A stretch of 64,000 nt of DNA from Camelus ferus (lineage: Eukaryota), in NCBI RefSeq assembly GCF_009834535.1, contig NC_045697.1:101806001-101870000 (forward strand). Direction: 5' to 3'. Both the position numbers and the translations under genes were made by a program. The notes beneath the pieces were generated by a model. That model was given only the letters and a program-made list of their open reading frames with translations. It did no database searches and was not told the DNA's origin. Position 1 is the stretch's first letter, and each line of letters starts with the position of its first letter. Below are positions 37,861 to 49,987 of this stretch, one piece after another.

Positions 37861-40789
37861 AGATGAGTCACTGCCTTGGAAATGCAGAGTTAGGAGGTGG
37901 CTCTTGTGAAGATTCATGACCCATGGGGAGTAGGGGATATATGGGTGGTCGTTGAAAAAGCAACATGAGGAAAGATTTAAGGAGCCAGGCGTGAAGTGCC
38001 CTGGTGGAGGTGAAGTGGGACGTACAGAGGTTGGTTACGGAAGTGAGCTTCCATCTTTACAGCGGAGCATCTGCACTCAGGTACCGCCCCCGTCCCTGCA
38101 GCCCACTTTTCGGTCTTGCCCTTGACACTTGCTGCATCTTCACTCCGTTACCGTAGGTCAGATCTTCTTTTCCCTTTGCCTTCTCACTGGTCTCCCTGCA
38201 CAGAGCCTCAGCCTCCTCCAAACCCTCCAAGGTCGCCTCCTGTAAGTGTGTCGTACGTTACTCCTCTTTAAAAAACATCTTCCAGTGGGCCCCATTACCT
38301 ACGCAGTAGAGGCCCACCTCCCTGGTTGGTCACTCCAGGTCTTCGCGCACTTTAGCACTAATCTTGCTTTCCTGTCCTGTTCTCCTTCCCAGCCTTACAC
38401 ACACCCGGGTCTCCAGCCTCGCAGAAATACCTCAGGTCTAGTCTGTGGTTGGCCGTCTCCATGTATTTCCTCCTGTGGTTTCCTTAGCTTCACTCTGGTG
38501 AAAGGCTTTGGGGGCCTGGGCTACAGTGACAGGGTAGGCACGTTCACAGCTGGGCAGATGGGGGTGCCAGCCTCATTTTGGCGCCTCCCACACTTAGAGT
38601 TTCCTTTCCAGCTGGGCCCCTTCTTCCAACCTAAGGAGGTAAGCTCTCCCTCCTTGAACACTCATAGTGCTTGGTTTCTGCTTCCTTTGGCACTCGCTAC
38701 TTTCTGTGTGGCGTTAGAGGCATCCCGTGTCTGTTTCTGGTCTTGCAGAGGCCATGAGGTCCTGAGGCTGAGTCCAGATCTGACCGAGCCCTGCCGTCTT
38801 CACTGTCACCTCATAGGTGTTGGTCAGTGGTACGGGATGCTCTCTCCAAACAATAAAATCTGCCGATGAATGCCCCTCCCGAAAAATGGAATTGACTTCC
38901 CTGGAGGAGTTCAGGTGCAAATGTAAACAGGGCTCTAATAGTTACGTTAAAAAGGAGTGCCACTTAAGATCTTCAAGACCCAGAGCAATTTTTAGCTAGT
39001 TTTTAGAAAGAAGACACTGCATTGTAAAAGTGTTTTCTTATGACCTGAGGCAGTATTTGAATGCATTCATATTTGGAAGTTTCAGGCAAGTTCCTTGAAA
39101 GCCAAAGCTGAGCCAGAAAGCAGACAGCACTTGTATGAGGCATGAGGGGCAGGGGAGCACGTGGGCAGGACCGCCTGAGTGCAGGAGATCTGCCACCTGC
39201 AGAAAAGCCACTTGGTCCTCTCCCAGCGCAGGACAGGAGCCTTTCCTAACTGGTGCTATCGGAGATGTACCTTACTACCTTGACGGTCCGTCTAAAATCA
39301 CCACCTTTTACTCATTGAAGGTAGCGTTTTCATAGCTCCGTCTTTCCACAGCCACTCATCCAATGTCAGAAAAGCTTTCATTTTTGTAGAAATGATGTCC
39401 CTATGGAACACCAACTCCTTCTTCCTCTGTCTTTTTAACCAAGCCTAGAATGATCGTGACATAACTTGCTGATGCTGGCAAAGAATTCATGCTGTTCACT
39501 CATCCATCTCCTGTTAATGAAAACCTAGTGGAGTTGGCGAGGGTGGTGGGAAACAGAGGGATAAGCATGCATCTTAAATGTATATTCAGACCTTCTGGAA
39601 GGACTGGAAGGAAAGATACCAGCTAGACAAAGTGCTCTGGCCCCACCCGTGAGTTCGAGTTGATGCTCAAAGCCCACCTACAAGTAGTGGTTACAGCCCC
39701 CTCTGACAGAGGGATGTTGGAAAGGAGGAAAGGGAAGGGCCTTTTTTTCTTCTGCTCTATGCATTTTGCAATTATTAAAGCATAAAACCACCTATTCTGG
39801 AATTTTGACTCAAGCTTAAGTTAGGATGAAAAGCCATTGCCAAAGTTACTGCTTTCCTTCCATCTCCTGACTCCTTGTACTTATGACCCTGGTCTAGTGC
39901 CTGGTGCAGTAGTTGGCAAACAGTAAGCCTTCAATATGTTATTTGTTGAAGAAATAAATAAATGGACTCTGGCACTTAATTATAAGAGCTGTCTGGAAGA
40001 TTACATGGATACTTCAGCAAAATAATGAAATGTCCCCCTCCTCCGTCCACCCTGCCAACCTCCTCCAGTACATGCGTCCCTGGCACCCCTCGTGGTCTGG
40101 GTGTAAACGTTCAGGAGGGGTGAAGGAGTGCAGCCTCCCGTTACTGAAAGGAAAACCCCAACGTTGGGTGAGAGTGTCATGGCCCCTGTCGTAATAAGCC
40201 TGATATTAAACTCAGCCAAAATGAGTTCATTTTGAGTTAATCCTGTGTCTTACAGCACTGGATTGAGGTACAGATCTGGGCTTTGCGTGTAACAGAATAG
40301 AATTTTGGAAAGGAAGTAAAACGTTTCAAGCAGAAGTCTCTTTCAACTTGGTCTGCTGTCTGATTCGTTTGAAGTTTGTGGGTGGAGGGTTCTACAAATT
40401 TTGATCTGCAACAAATAGTAGATTGATGGTATTTATGAGCAAATGAAATAGAATATATATCCCTTATTTTTGAGCTCATAATATTTCTGCTCTGGGTATG
40501 TAAGCGATAACACAGCAGAAACATCTCAATCAGAGGGAGATCATTTGCAAAGTGACTTGGAGTGGACACTGCCATGTAGTGGGCCGGTATTTGAATGTTG
40601 CATCACAGGGACCTGCAGCTGATCATCGCACCATCCTTCACTGTTCTTTGTCACTCAGTCCTCCCAGTCTGTGTTTCTTCATCTGGAAAATGGGAATAGT
40701 AACCATACTTTCCTTAGGGGCTCATTAATGAGGTAATTCGTGGAAGACTGTCAGAACAGTGCTACATCCAGTGCTTGCACCAGTGATGC

Positions 40790-41210
40790 TAAAACCAATG
40801 CCATTGGAACGGAGAGACCCCAAAATACAGTGAGTTAAAGATGATATGTGATTTAGTGGCATCCAGGCTTGCAGGGCAAGGCAATCAGGCTTGTGGCAGA
40901 AATCCAGAGACCCAGTTTCCTTCTTCCTCGTTAGAACACCCTCCCCCCATCTCAGAGTCCATCCGCATGGTCAGAGCGAGGTCGTGGGCACCTCTGTGTC
41001 CAAGCCTGAGGCAGAGGGGGAAAGGGTATAGAGGCATCACGCCATGTCTTCAGGCCCTGACACCCCTGCACTCACTCTCTGTTAGGGAGAATTAAGTCAC
41101 CTGGCCACATCTGGCTGCCAGAGATGCTGGGAGTGGAATTTGTAGCTAGACGACATGTGCCCAGTTGGAAGACATTGACGGTGGAAGAACAGAACAGACT
41201 TGGGGGAGTG
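40790..41210. mobile_element. MaLR (MLT1J-like) LTR
   Basis: ccccaaaatacagtgagttaaa...aagtcacctggccacatctggctgccagagatgctggga...catgtgcccag; shares blocks with the 37200 copy. Confidence 0.65.
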
Positions 41211-42949
41211 GGGCTTAATCAAGTGCAGCCACTATTTTATTTATTAGAAAATAAGATTTCAAGGGAGGGCCTAAGTATCCTTGCTCGAGGGGAAGAGGAA
41301 TGGAAGAGTAGTTGCAGCACCAAATGTGTGTCTCCCCTAATATGTTAGTTGTCTTTTGAGGGAGGGGGTCCTTTCAGGGTTAAACCACAAATCCAGGTAA
41401 GCCTGGAGGCAGAGGAGAAGGGGTGGGTGGAAGGCTGTAGAAGGGGTGGGAACGTGATAAAGGGAGTGAAGGCTGACTAGCTGTGTCCTTTCTCAGCCGC
41501 CACTAACAAGAAAGGCCTGCTCTGTAAATAAAACTTAACCCCTTATCTGACCCAGCAAGGACAAAGTACAGAGGCCTCTGGAGAAACTTATTGTAGGAGC
41601 AAGGAAGTTATTTCAAAGCCCAGAAAAAAAAGGCAGAGAAGAGGGAACTTCTGCAGAGAAGCCTGAACTTGAGCAGAGACTTACTCATCTTGATTTTTCT
41701 CTTTCAAAAATATACTTTGCAGTATGTGAAGGAAAAAATTACAGAAATATTCACTGAATATTTCAAGTAAAAAAAAATTATTCCGTAAGCAACTTTTCTC
41801 AACAGAAGATATGCACAAGTTCTTGAGGATCTCCAAGTTGGGGTAAAGTTCTAGTGTTAAAGCAAATATTTTTAAATGCTTGTAAAATTGATCTCCAAGT
41901 TATTTTTATTCTTGTGCTTTTAGCAATTGCTAAGAAACAGAAGGCATGAAATGATATTCTGAGTGGCTATATAATATTTTTTAAAATCTACAATTTGAGG
42001 CTTGGAGGTAACTTACACTGGACTCTCTTACATGCGAGTAATGCTCAAATGTGAGCAGACATCAGTTTTTGTTTTTATGAGTAACATTTTGCATAACTGC
42101 TGAAAATAGCTGCAGCTTTTTAAAACAGATGGTCCAAAAGTTGACAGGAAAGAATGTAGGTCTCTCAGTTTTTATTTTTCCCCCACCAAAGTGGCAAAAA
42201 TAAATAGGAGCACCCACCCTGAACCAAATTTCATGTAAAGGTTTACCTCTAAGGTAGTAAGTTTCCTAAGAGGTGGGATTTTGTAGATTGACCTGTTGGA
42301 CTCGGTAGAGTCAAAAGGCAAAATAGTGCTTAAATCCCTAGTTTCTGGTGCGTTTATCAAAATGATTGCTATGCGGTTGAAATTGAGCTTTTGCTTTTTA
42401 AAGGAAAATTCAGTTGTGGAGAAATATATGAAGCCTACAAAAACTTATTTCAAAAGTGCTGACACCTTAAGAGGGTGGTCAGTGGTGATGGTGTGTTAAT
42501 GTTTTATGTGAGTAGGACCTTGCTGGTGGCCCAGGAAGAATTCCAATTGATGAAGTTCAGATTCTTATGATTTCCAAATTCCTCTGAGGTCTTGGACTGG
42601 TAGTTAATTAGTTACTCTTGTTTAGTTTCCGACGTTGAAAATAATGAATATTTTGATCATTCAACAATGAATTTGTGTTTATGAGGGGCTTTGAAAAGGA
42701 AGGCATTTCTTTAATACTCAGATGGTGCTGTTAGAATCAGTGAGCAGATTACAATAGTAGTTCTGTCCAACAGATAAAGTTAGAAATATCCAGAATTTTC
42801 CCTGTGTGAAGTACTAGGTCATTGAAGCTCACTTAGATTTTTGTTTTTCAGTAATTCCCATTAGTGATCATTGTACCTGGTTCATATCTGTATGTCCTTG
42901 CGCATGTTCACAAACCCCCTTCAATTCTTTGATTCTGATGTTTGCATTT

Positions 42950-43518
42950 TCTTTTTTTAATTGAAGTATAGTTGATGATATATGTTATAGGTGTGCAGTA
43001 TAGTGATTCATAATTTTTAAAGGTTATACTCCATTTATATTTATTATAAAATACTTGCCTATATTCCCTGTGTTGTACAATATATCCTTGTAGCTTATTT
43101 TATGCCTGCTAGTTTGTGCCTCTTAAACCCCTCCCCCTATATTGCCCCTCCCCCTTTCCTCTCCCCACTGGTAACTACTAGTTTGCTCTCTATATATGAG
43201 TCTGCTTCTTTTTTCTTATATTCACTAGTTTGTTGTATTTTTTAGATTCCACATATAAGTGATACCATACAGTATTTGTCTTTCTCTGTCTGACTTATTT
43301 TACTTTGCATTATACCCTCCAAGTCCATTCGTGGTGCTGCAAATGGCAAAATTGTGTTCTTTTTTATAGCTGAGTAGTTTTCTATCGTGTGTACACATAT
43401 GCATATGTGTATATATATATGTATATGTGTATATATATGTATATGTATACACACACACACACACACACACCTTCTTTATCCATTCATCTGTTGATGGACA
43501 CTTGGGTTGCTTCCAAAC
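42950..43518 (-). mobile_element. 5'-truncated L1 (ORF2 C-terminus plus 3' UTR)
   Basis: Minus-strand ORFs give VWKQPKCPSTDEWIKK and YSAIKKNTILPFAA...EKDKYCMVSLICGI; TSD tgtttgcattt at 42939-42949 and 43519-43529. Confidence 0.95.
43388..43471. repeat. Compound (TA/TG)n-(CA)n microsatellite within L1 ORF2 remnant
   Basis: gtgtgtacacatatgcatatgtgtatatata...tatgtatacacacacacacacacacacacac. Confidence 0.92.
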
Positions 43519-43694
43519 TGTTTGCATTTGCTTTACCTTTATTGTTTCAGTGACAACCCACGATTGATAGCTCTCGGGCATTCATGGACTCCAGATTATA
43601 AACTGCCTATCTGGAATCTCTCACTTTAGCTTGTCTGAATTTGTCCAAATGAAAAGTCATAGAATGGCCCCTATGAATTAATAAAATCATAGCC

Positions 43695-43882
43695 CAGGGG
43701 TCAGCAAACTACATCCTGTAGGCCTGATTATGTCTAAGAAGGCTCTTTACAGTTCTAAAAGATTGTAAAAAAATAAATAAATAAAAACAAGAAGAATATG
43801 AGTCATGGACCATGTGTAGCAATTGTGCAATGTCCTGAAATATTTACTACCTGACCCTTCATGAAAGGGTCTGCTGCCCCCG
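43695..43882 (+). mobile_element. MER58-family (MER58C-like) hAT element
   Basis: caggggtcagcaaactac...cctgaaatatttactacctgaccctt...ctgctgcccccg; 8-bp TSD tcatagcc / tcatagac. Confidence 0.82.
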
Positions 43883-43904
43883 TCATAGACAGATGTCTAA
43901 TGTT

Positions 43905-44135
43905 AAGTAGTTAAGGCACAGACTATGGGGCCAGGGGACATTGGTTCAAATTCTGGCTTTACTACTTCCAGTATGATCTTGAGCAAGTCACTTAATGTCT
44001 CTCTGGCTCATTTTCTCACCTAGGAATGGGAGTAGTTACAGGGCCTACTTCATAGGATTGTGGTGAGAACTGTGTTCATAGATAAAGTGTTTAGACCAAT
44101 GCCTGATATTTAGTGAATATACCTTAAATGTTAAT
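43905..44135 (+). mobile_element. MIR SINE, near full length
   Basis: gtagttaaggcacagact...ggttcaaattctggct...atcttgagcaagtcacttaat...cttcataggattgtggtgag...aaagtgtttaga. Confidence 0.85.
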
Positions 44136-45489
44136 GATTATTACTAACTGTTGTGATGGGGAAAGACTAGAGATCATCCAGACTAGCCTTTGCTTTCAAC
44201 TGGTGAATGTCCAAATTATGAAAGACAATTTTCTGTTTACTGCATCAAGAAGGAAGGCCCATTTGCTTTCTAATAGTGCCTGCTTTACTGAAAAAAGAAG
44301 TCGAGACAGATCTGTACTCAAATGTAAAAAAAAAAATGCTTGAAAGCATCAAAGGAAACAATAAAGATACCCACTTTTTAGGTGAAAAAAAGAATGTTAA
44401 ATGTGACACTTTAAGACCAAGCAAACAGACATTCTTTGATATGCTTGTGACAAGAAGAAATAAAGTGGAAATGAGAGAGATTGGGGAGAGGATAATAGTT
44501 CAGGAGCGAAAGAGGGGGAAACAAGAACACGAAAAGCAGTCAGCAGAAGAGAAGAAAGATTTAGATGGAAAGGGAGGCTGGCCGTTTCTCCAGGTCAGCC
44601 AGTGTTAACATCCCCCCTTCCCTGGGGAGCCCACCTTTATGATTCTGTGTGTCCAGTTTAATTGCTCCCATTTGAGGGGAAGCGTGTTGCCTTTTGTTTG
44701 ATTATTTTCCTGTGCAGAAATAAATCTTCAGCACCAAGTCAACTAATGTTTCCTGAACATGCATTATTTGTATGCTCCCTCAGAACACCTGTCACATACA
44801 TATACAAAATCATCATAGTCTGTATATTTCTCTGTGAAGCCAAGTAATTGTGTTCCCTTTGGCCACTTGCCTTCATCATCATCATTATCATCATAAAACA
44901 TCTGTTGGATGCCTGAAAACCTCTCTTCATCTTCTCTAATACCTCCTGATTCGCTCCCCCTGGCTCTCCCAAGTAGGGGAAGAACAAACTTGCTTTTTTA
45001 CAAAATACAGAAAATGTTAAAAGAAACAAACAAAAAATGAAGTACAATTCATTCTTTCTTTCCCCTTCTGTTTCACTCGAGTCGTTTACTCTGTTTGTGG
45101 ATATTGGACCAGAGAGACCGGAGAGATGAGTGTTCCAGGATTGGTTTTAATGATGTCAGGGGACTTGAAGTAATGGAGATTACACGGTGAAGCCGCGCAT
45201 TGATTATTATTACCTCATCTTATTAGCTGATGGAGACCTTTGAGAGGACGAGATTGCAGGGCTTTCAAGCCTGCAGCTCCCAGAACCTGATCCTGAGAGC
45301 CTGATACTTGTCCCTGCCCAGTGGGACTGTGTTAAGAATAGCGGCAGCTTAGCGTACTAGAATACGTTTTACAGGAGTGCTAAAACTATGTCCCTCATCC
45401 TTCCAACCGACCGTTCAGATAAGGTGAGCCCTTTCAGATCCACTTTAGCCTTCCTTCGTGGCAGTTACAGAATTGAAGCCAGTTCTGCT

Positions 45490-45645
45490 GGTTTACTTGT
45501 GTTTGTCTTCTCCACTAGAATTTAAGTTTGCTGAGGTGGGCAGATTTTTGTTTCTCGAACCACTAATGTTCCTCCAGGAGCTAGAACAGTGGCACATGGA
45601 GGTGCTCGATAAATATTTTTAGATGAGTGAGTGAGTGAATAAATA
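45490..45645 (+). mobile_element. L2 3' terminus
   Basis: tgtcttctccactagaatttaagtttgctgagg...gctagaacagtggcacatggaggtgctcgataaatattt...tgagtgagtgaataaat. Confidence 0.8.
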
Positions 45646-45926
45646 TAGTAGTTATTCATTATTTCCAATGAAATATCTTCCCCAGAGCATATAGGTTGCT
45701 AGTTGATGTCATTTTAGATGTTTTTGTGCTAAGAATATTTTAAATTTCGAATGAATTGTTTAAACTGTTGAGTATACAAAAGGAAAATTGAACATGAAAT
45801 CCACATTTCCATGGGTTGATACTGTAACTTAAATGGCAAACAGTAAGACTGTTAGAAAATACCCATGGCTCAGGCAGTGAAAGCCTTTAGTTGCAACTAA
45901 AAATGTTTGAGAAGGCTTTTAAAATA

Positions 45927-46208
45927 CAGTTGTCCGTTGGTATCTGAGAGAGATTGGTTCCAGGACCCCCCTCGGATACTGAAATCCACGGATGCTCAAG
46001 TTCCTTATATAAAATGGCTTAGTGCATGTCCTCCCGTATACTTTAAATCATCTCTTGATGACTTCTGACACCTAATACAATGTAAATAGTTGTTAGAGTG
46101 TTAAATTGAAGTTTTGCTTTTTGGAACTTTCTGGAAGTTCTTTTTTTCCTGAATACCTTTGATCTGAGATTGGTTGAAATTGGATGTGCAGATGTGGAGG
46201 GCAGACTG
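45927..46208 (+). mobile_element. MER2/MER2B (TcMar-Tigger) element
   Basis: TA|cagttgtccgttggtatc...gattggttccaggacccc...aaatccacggatgctcaag...gatgtggagggcagactg|TA, with TIRs and TA duplication. Confidence 0.92.
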
Positions 46209-49207
46209 TATCGTTGTTACCTTTATTCTCAGAGAATAGCATAATGAATACTAATTTTTAAAACAGTGCTCTTTCAAATTGCAGTGGCTTATAAAATGCC
46301 CTGGTGCTGTCTTTCAAGCATGCCTCCCATATACCCTGTCCTAAGGTTTGGAGGTAATAGAATGAGGAGTAAACCAAGAAGGAAGGCGCAGCCTGCAGGG
46401 CTTGGTGGACCCACCCTGGGAAAGCAAGGCAGGAGCTCCCAAGAGGAAAGCCCGTGGGCACCCATTTCTGGGCAGGCAGAGGGGCGGAGCAGGGGGGATT
46501 CCAGCAGAGAGGATCTAGGAAGGGAGAGGATTGATAAAATGGGAATTGCAATGGGGGGCTTGGAAAAAGTTGAAGATCTGATAAACACAATTGGTGAGGT
46601 CGAAAACAGAGAATCCATCAGACCTCTCCCCAAGGAGCATTCTCCATTGCGTGGCTCGGGGGGTAGTGACCCTGACACTGGACCAGCAGCACTGGACCGC
46701 CCTAACTTGGGACTGTAGGAAACAGCACATCCATGGTTATGAGAGTGTAAATGCCCTTTATTGATTTTAAACTCTTAGACTCAACTTTTAGAATAAGAAA
46801 AAAAAAAAAAACAGAAATCGAGGTGATTATAGAACAGATTGTGTGTGTTATCAGCCTTGACGATGTCAAAGTTTGTGTATGATAGATGAAAATTAGGCAG
46901 CGGAAGGGCATGAGGGAAGATGGGGGAGAGGATGAGAACATTGTTCCAGGAAAGTTACCCTTCTGTGCCTGATGAGCTACGCAGGGGTTTAGTATGTGGC
47001 TGGAAGTCCCTGTGATGGAGGGACTGGAGCTGGCGGTATCACAGCTTTGGGAGGGAGGAGGGGAGAGGCAGCAGAGGGAAAGTGAGCTGCCTCTCCAGGC
47101 TGAACTTCAGTAGATAATGTCTAAAAGTGACAAGTCACATGTAAGTGTAGTACCGGGAAATCTGAAGTATCTGAGTGTCCTGATAAGAGACTGGACTCAG
47201 CTCAGACGGTTCAGATGCAGACTTTAATGAAAGGACAGTGTATGGTGCTGTGAGCTGGGTTTGGGATGAGGGTTCTTATACCCTTAGGGCTGGAGGGACA
47301 GTGGAAGAAATAATAAATGCTAATTTAGAAACTATATACAAGACCAGTGAGCTCTGGAGCAATGTGGTGTGACCCCACCCACCCACCCAGGGGCACTATG
47401 CTTAGGAACTAGACAACCATTGCTGGCAACTAGGAGTTAAAGCCAGGAGACAGGCGTGGTGGGGGTGGGGGTGGGGGAATAAATGCACTCAGCCCCTTCC
47501 CAAACACAGAGAAGGGCAAAGAATTGGGGGGATAGTGCTAAACCAAGAATAACCAACTCAGGGTAACCACCGAGAGAAGCCAAAACCGTTCTACTTTTAG
47601 AGTAGAGCGGCGTTGGGGGTGGGGGGCGAGGATGCTTGCCATGGGGATGACTACATTGCCTGATAAGCTCTTTTGTACCATTTGATGTTTTAACCTCCTA
47701 CAAGTATGCACTCCATAGAACATTTTTATATAAATACTCTTTTATTCAGCACCTTTTATTTGATCTAAAGCGCTGCAGCTTGGTGGACTGGAGAGACTCG
47801 GTCTGCTCTCAAGTTGCTTAAAATCCACTTGGAGAGAGAAGATGCTAGACAGACCAGCAAACAAAACAGTAAATATGACCCCAAGTTGTGATTAATGCTG
47901 TATGTTTCCCAGCATGCAGAAAGTCACTGCTTCTTGTGTAAACTTAAGTCTTTAATAATGATACTGCACTGATTTTCAAAATATAGTTATTTGGGAATGG
48001 AAACCGTTCTTTCTTGAGTAGCTTGTTTTGCTCTAAGTATAATACACGACATGCTGAAAACCAGATATACAGATGGAACAGCTGCCTCTTCATTGTTTTG
48101 TTCCTTTGTTACGTTTTAATGAATGATTTGAACAGACTCCGAAACATTAAATTAGATATATAAGCATACTTTAAGAATTATATCATACTGTTAGCGTATT
48201 TAAAACTTAGTAGTGATATCATTGTCTAAAAATAGTAAGTTTTAAGAAAGTCAGTTACTTTAGCTGCTTTGCCCTCTATAAATAATTTGGTAGTAAAACA
48301 GACAACAGATAAAAATTAACCCGAGGCTTCATGTCCAAGTCTAGAGAGCTGGGAAAATCTGCCCCCCCTTCCTTGTTCCTGACATAGAGACCTTGATGGT
48401 TAGATAAATGTTTCAGGGGTCCTTGGTGGAAATTTGCCTTTCCTTGCTTTTCTGGCAGAGATGTGAGCAACAGAAGAGAACTTGGGAAAAGCATTAGCAG
48501 TGTAGGAGTTTCTTCTGTTTTCTTGATACTTCCTGTTGCTGAGGGTTTGTCCAAAGGGGAAAGATAAATGAACGGAGGGAGATGGATGTCAGCCGTCTCC
48601 TCATTCACAACAGACTGAGAACAGAAAAATTTTCACTCTTGTGTTCCTCTATCCTGAGCATTTGCTTATTAAAAGAAACCTTGACTACATCTCTCGGGTC
48701 CCTCTGTTTCCTCCATGAAAAAGCGGGTGAGGGTGTTTAAAGCTGATACTGTGTTACATGTAAGATGTAGTCATAAATCACTGGAAGGGAACTGTTTTTA
48801 GAACCTGCCAGAATTATCGTACTAATGCACTCCTACAGAGGGCATTAAACAGAGTAATTAAGGGAACTCTGTTTATCTTAGTGCCTTTATTCACCTCCGA
48901 GTGTTTTTTGTGTGGATCTTCTCATTTGATTTTTTTTTTTAAACACAATTCTGGGATACAGAGTTCTCACCAACACTGGAGGAGTTGTAGATGTTCAAGT
49001 GCTTACATATGGGAGAAAATCTAGTATCACCTCTCCAGAAACCATTTTGTTTAAAATAATCTTGAGTTATTAGGCAGTCTGACTGCTCTGGAAGTTAAGA
49101 AATGGAACCACTGGATACTGGAGCCCAGACACTACGTCTACTACTTGTATCTCCCTTTAAGGGAAGATTTTCTGATGTTTCGTTCATTGAGTGTAGTTTG
49201 TGTAACC

Positions 49208-49233
49208 CTGGCTGGCTGGCTGGCTGGCTGGCT
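49208..49233. repeat. (CTGG)6 tetranucleotide repeat
   Basis: Read directly. Confidence 0.9.
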
Positions 49234-49973
49234 TGTTACAAGGCGGGGGTCACGTAATGGGTTGTTTTCCTAAGTCAGTAGCAGTGTCTGTCATCTTCGT
49301 ATTTAAGGAACTGTACATGTTAGTGCGAAACTCGAGCATAAAATGGGCAGCCGGTTTAGAGGAGAGTCAGCTGTTGCTGGTGATGAGATCATAGACAGAA
49401 CCCACACCCCTTTCCAGACAGAAAGATCCCCATGGAGATAAGCCTGCTTTCCGGGAGGAGTCACTCAGCCACGCCTGCCATCCCTGAAGCGGAGTCTCTG
49501 TTTCACTTTACCTGTCCCTGGACTCGAAGAACTGTGGAAATGAACCCATAGCTTTCCAGAGTCATCTTTATGGAAATAATTTTGTTTTAGCTGCTTGTGA
49601 CTAAGAAACCTGAAAACCAAAAATTAAAGCAGACCGACCAGTTCAACTTAGAAACTAGCAGTTAGTAAATTGTCTTCTTAAATAATGAGACCCACATAAC
49701 ACTTAGATGCAATTTAGAGATCTAACTTTCCTTAAAAGGTAATGATCAAAAGTCCAAAGGTGCACAAGGAAACAGTGAACCTACCTACAATGAGCCAAGA
49801 GTTTTGTCTTTGGGATAAGAGCGTTGAATAGGAACTTTCTGTTCCTGAGTAACTGATTTGTAGAAGTCCGGAGTCGCTTTCTGCTCTGTGCTTTGTTCTG
49901 TTCTGTTCTGTTTTTGTTTTTCCTGATTTCTGTAGTGCCTGCCTTTCTTATGTTTTCTCTGCTCATAAGGACT

Positions 49974-49987
49974 CCACTAGGGGGCAG
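49974..49987 (+). promoter_or_regulatory. CTCF core motif
   Basis: CCACTAGGGGGCAG, a close match to the CTCF consensus core. Motif only. Confidence 0.6.

Noticed and set aside
38246..38869. Longest ORF in the track (207 aa)
   Set aside because: GTG start, no recognisable domain, and it overlaps L2-like degraded sequence. Consistent with a chance ORF.
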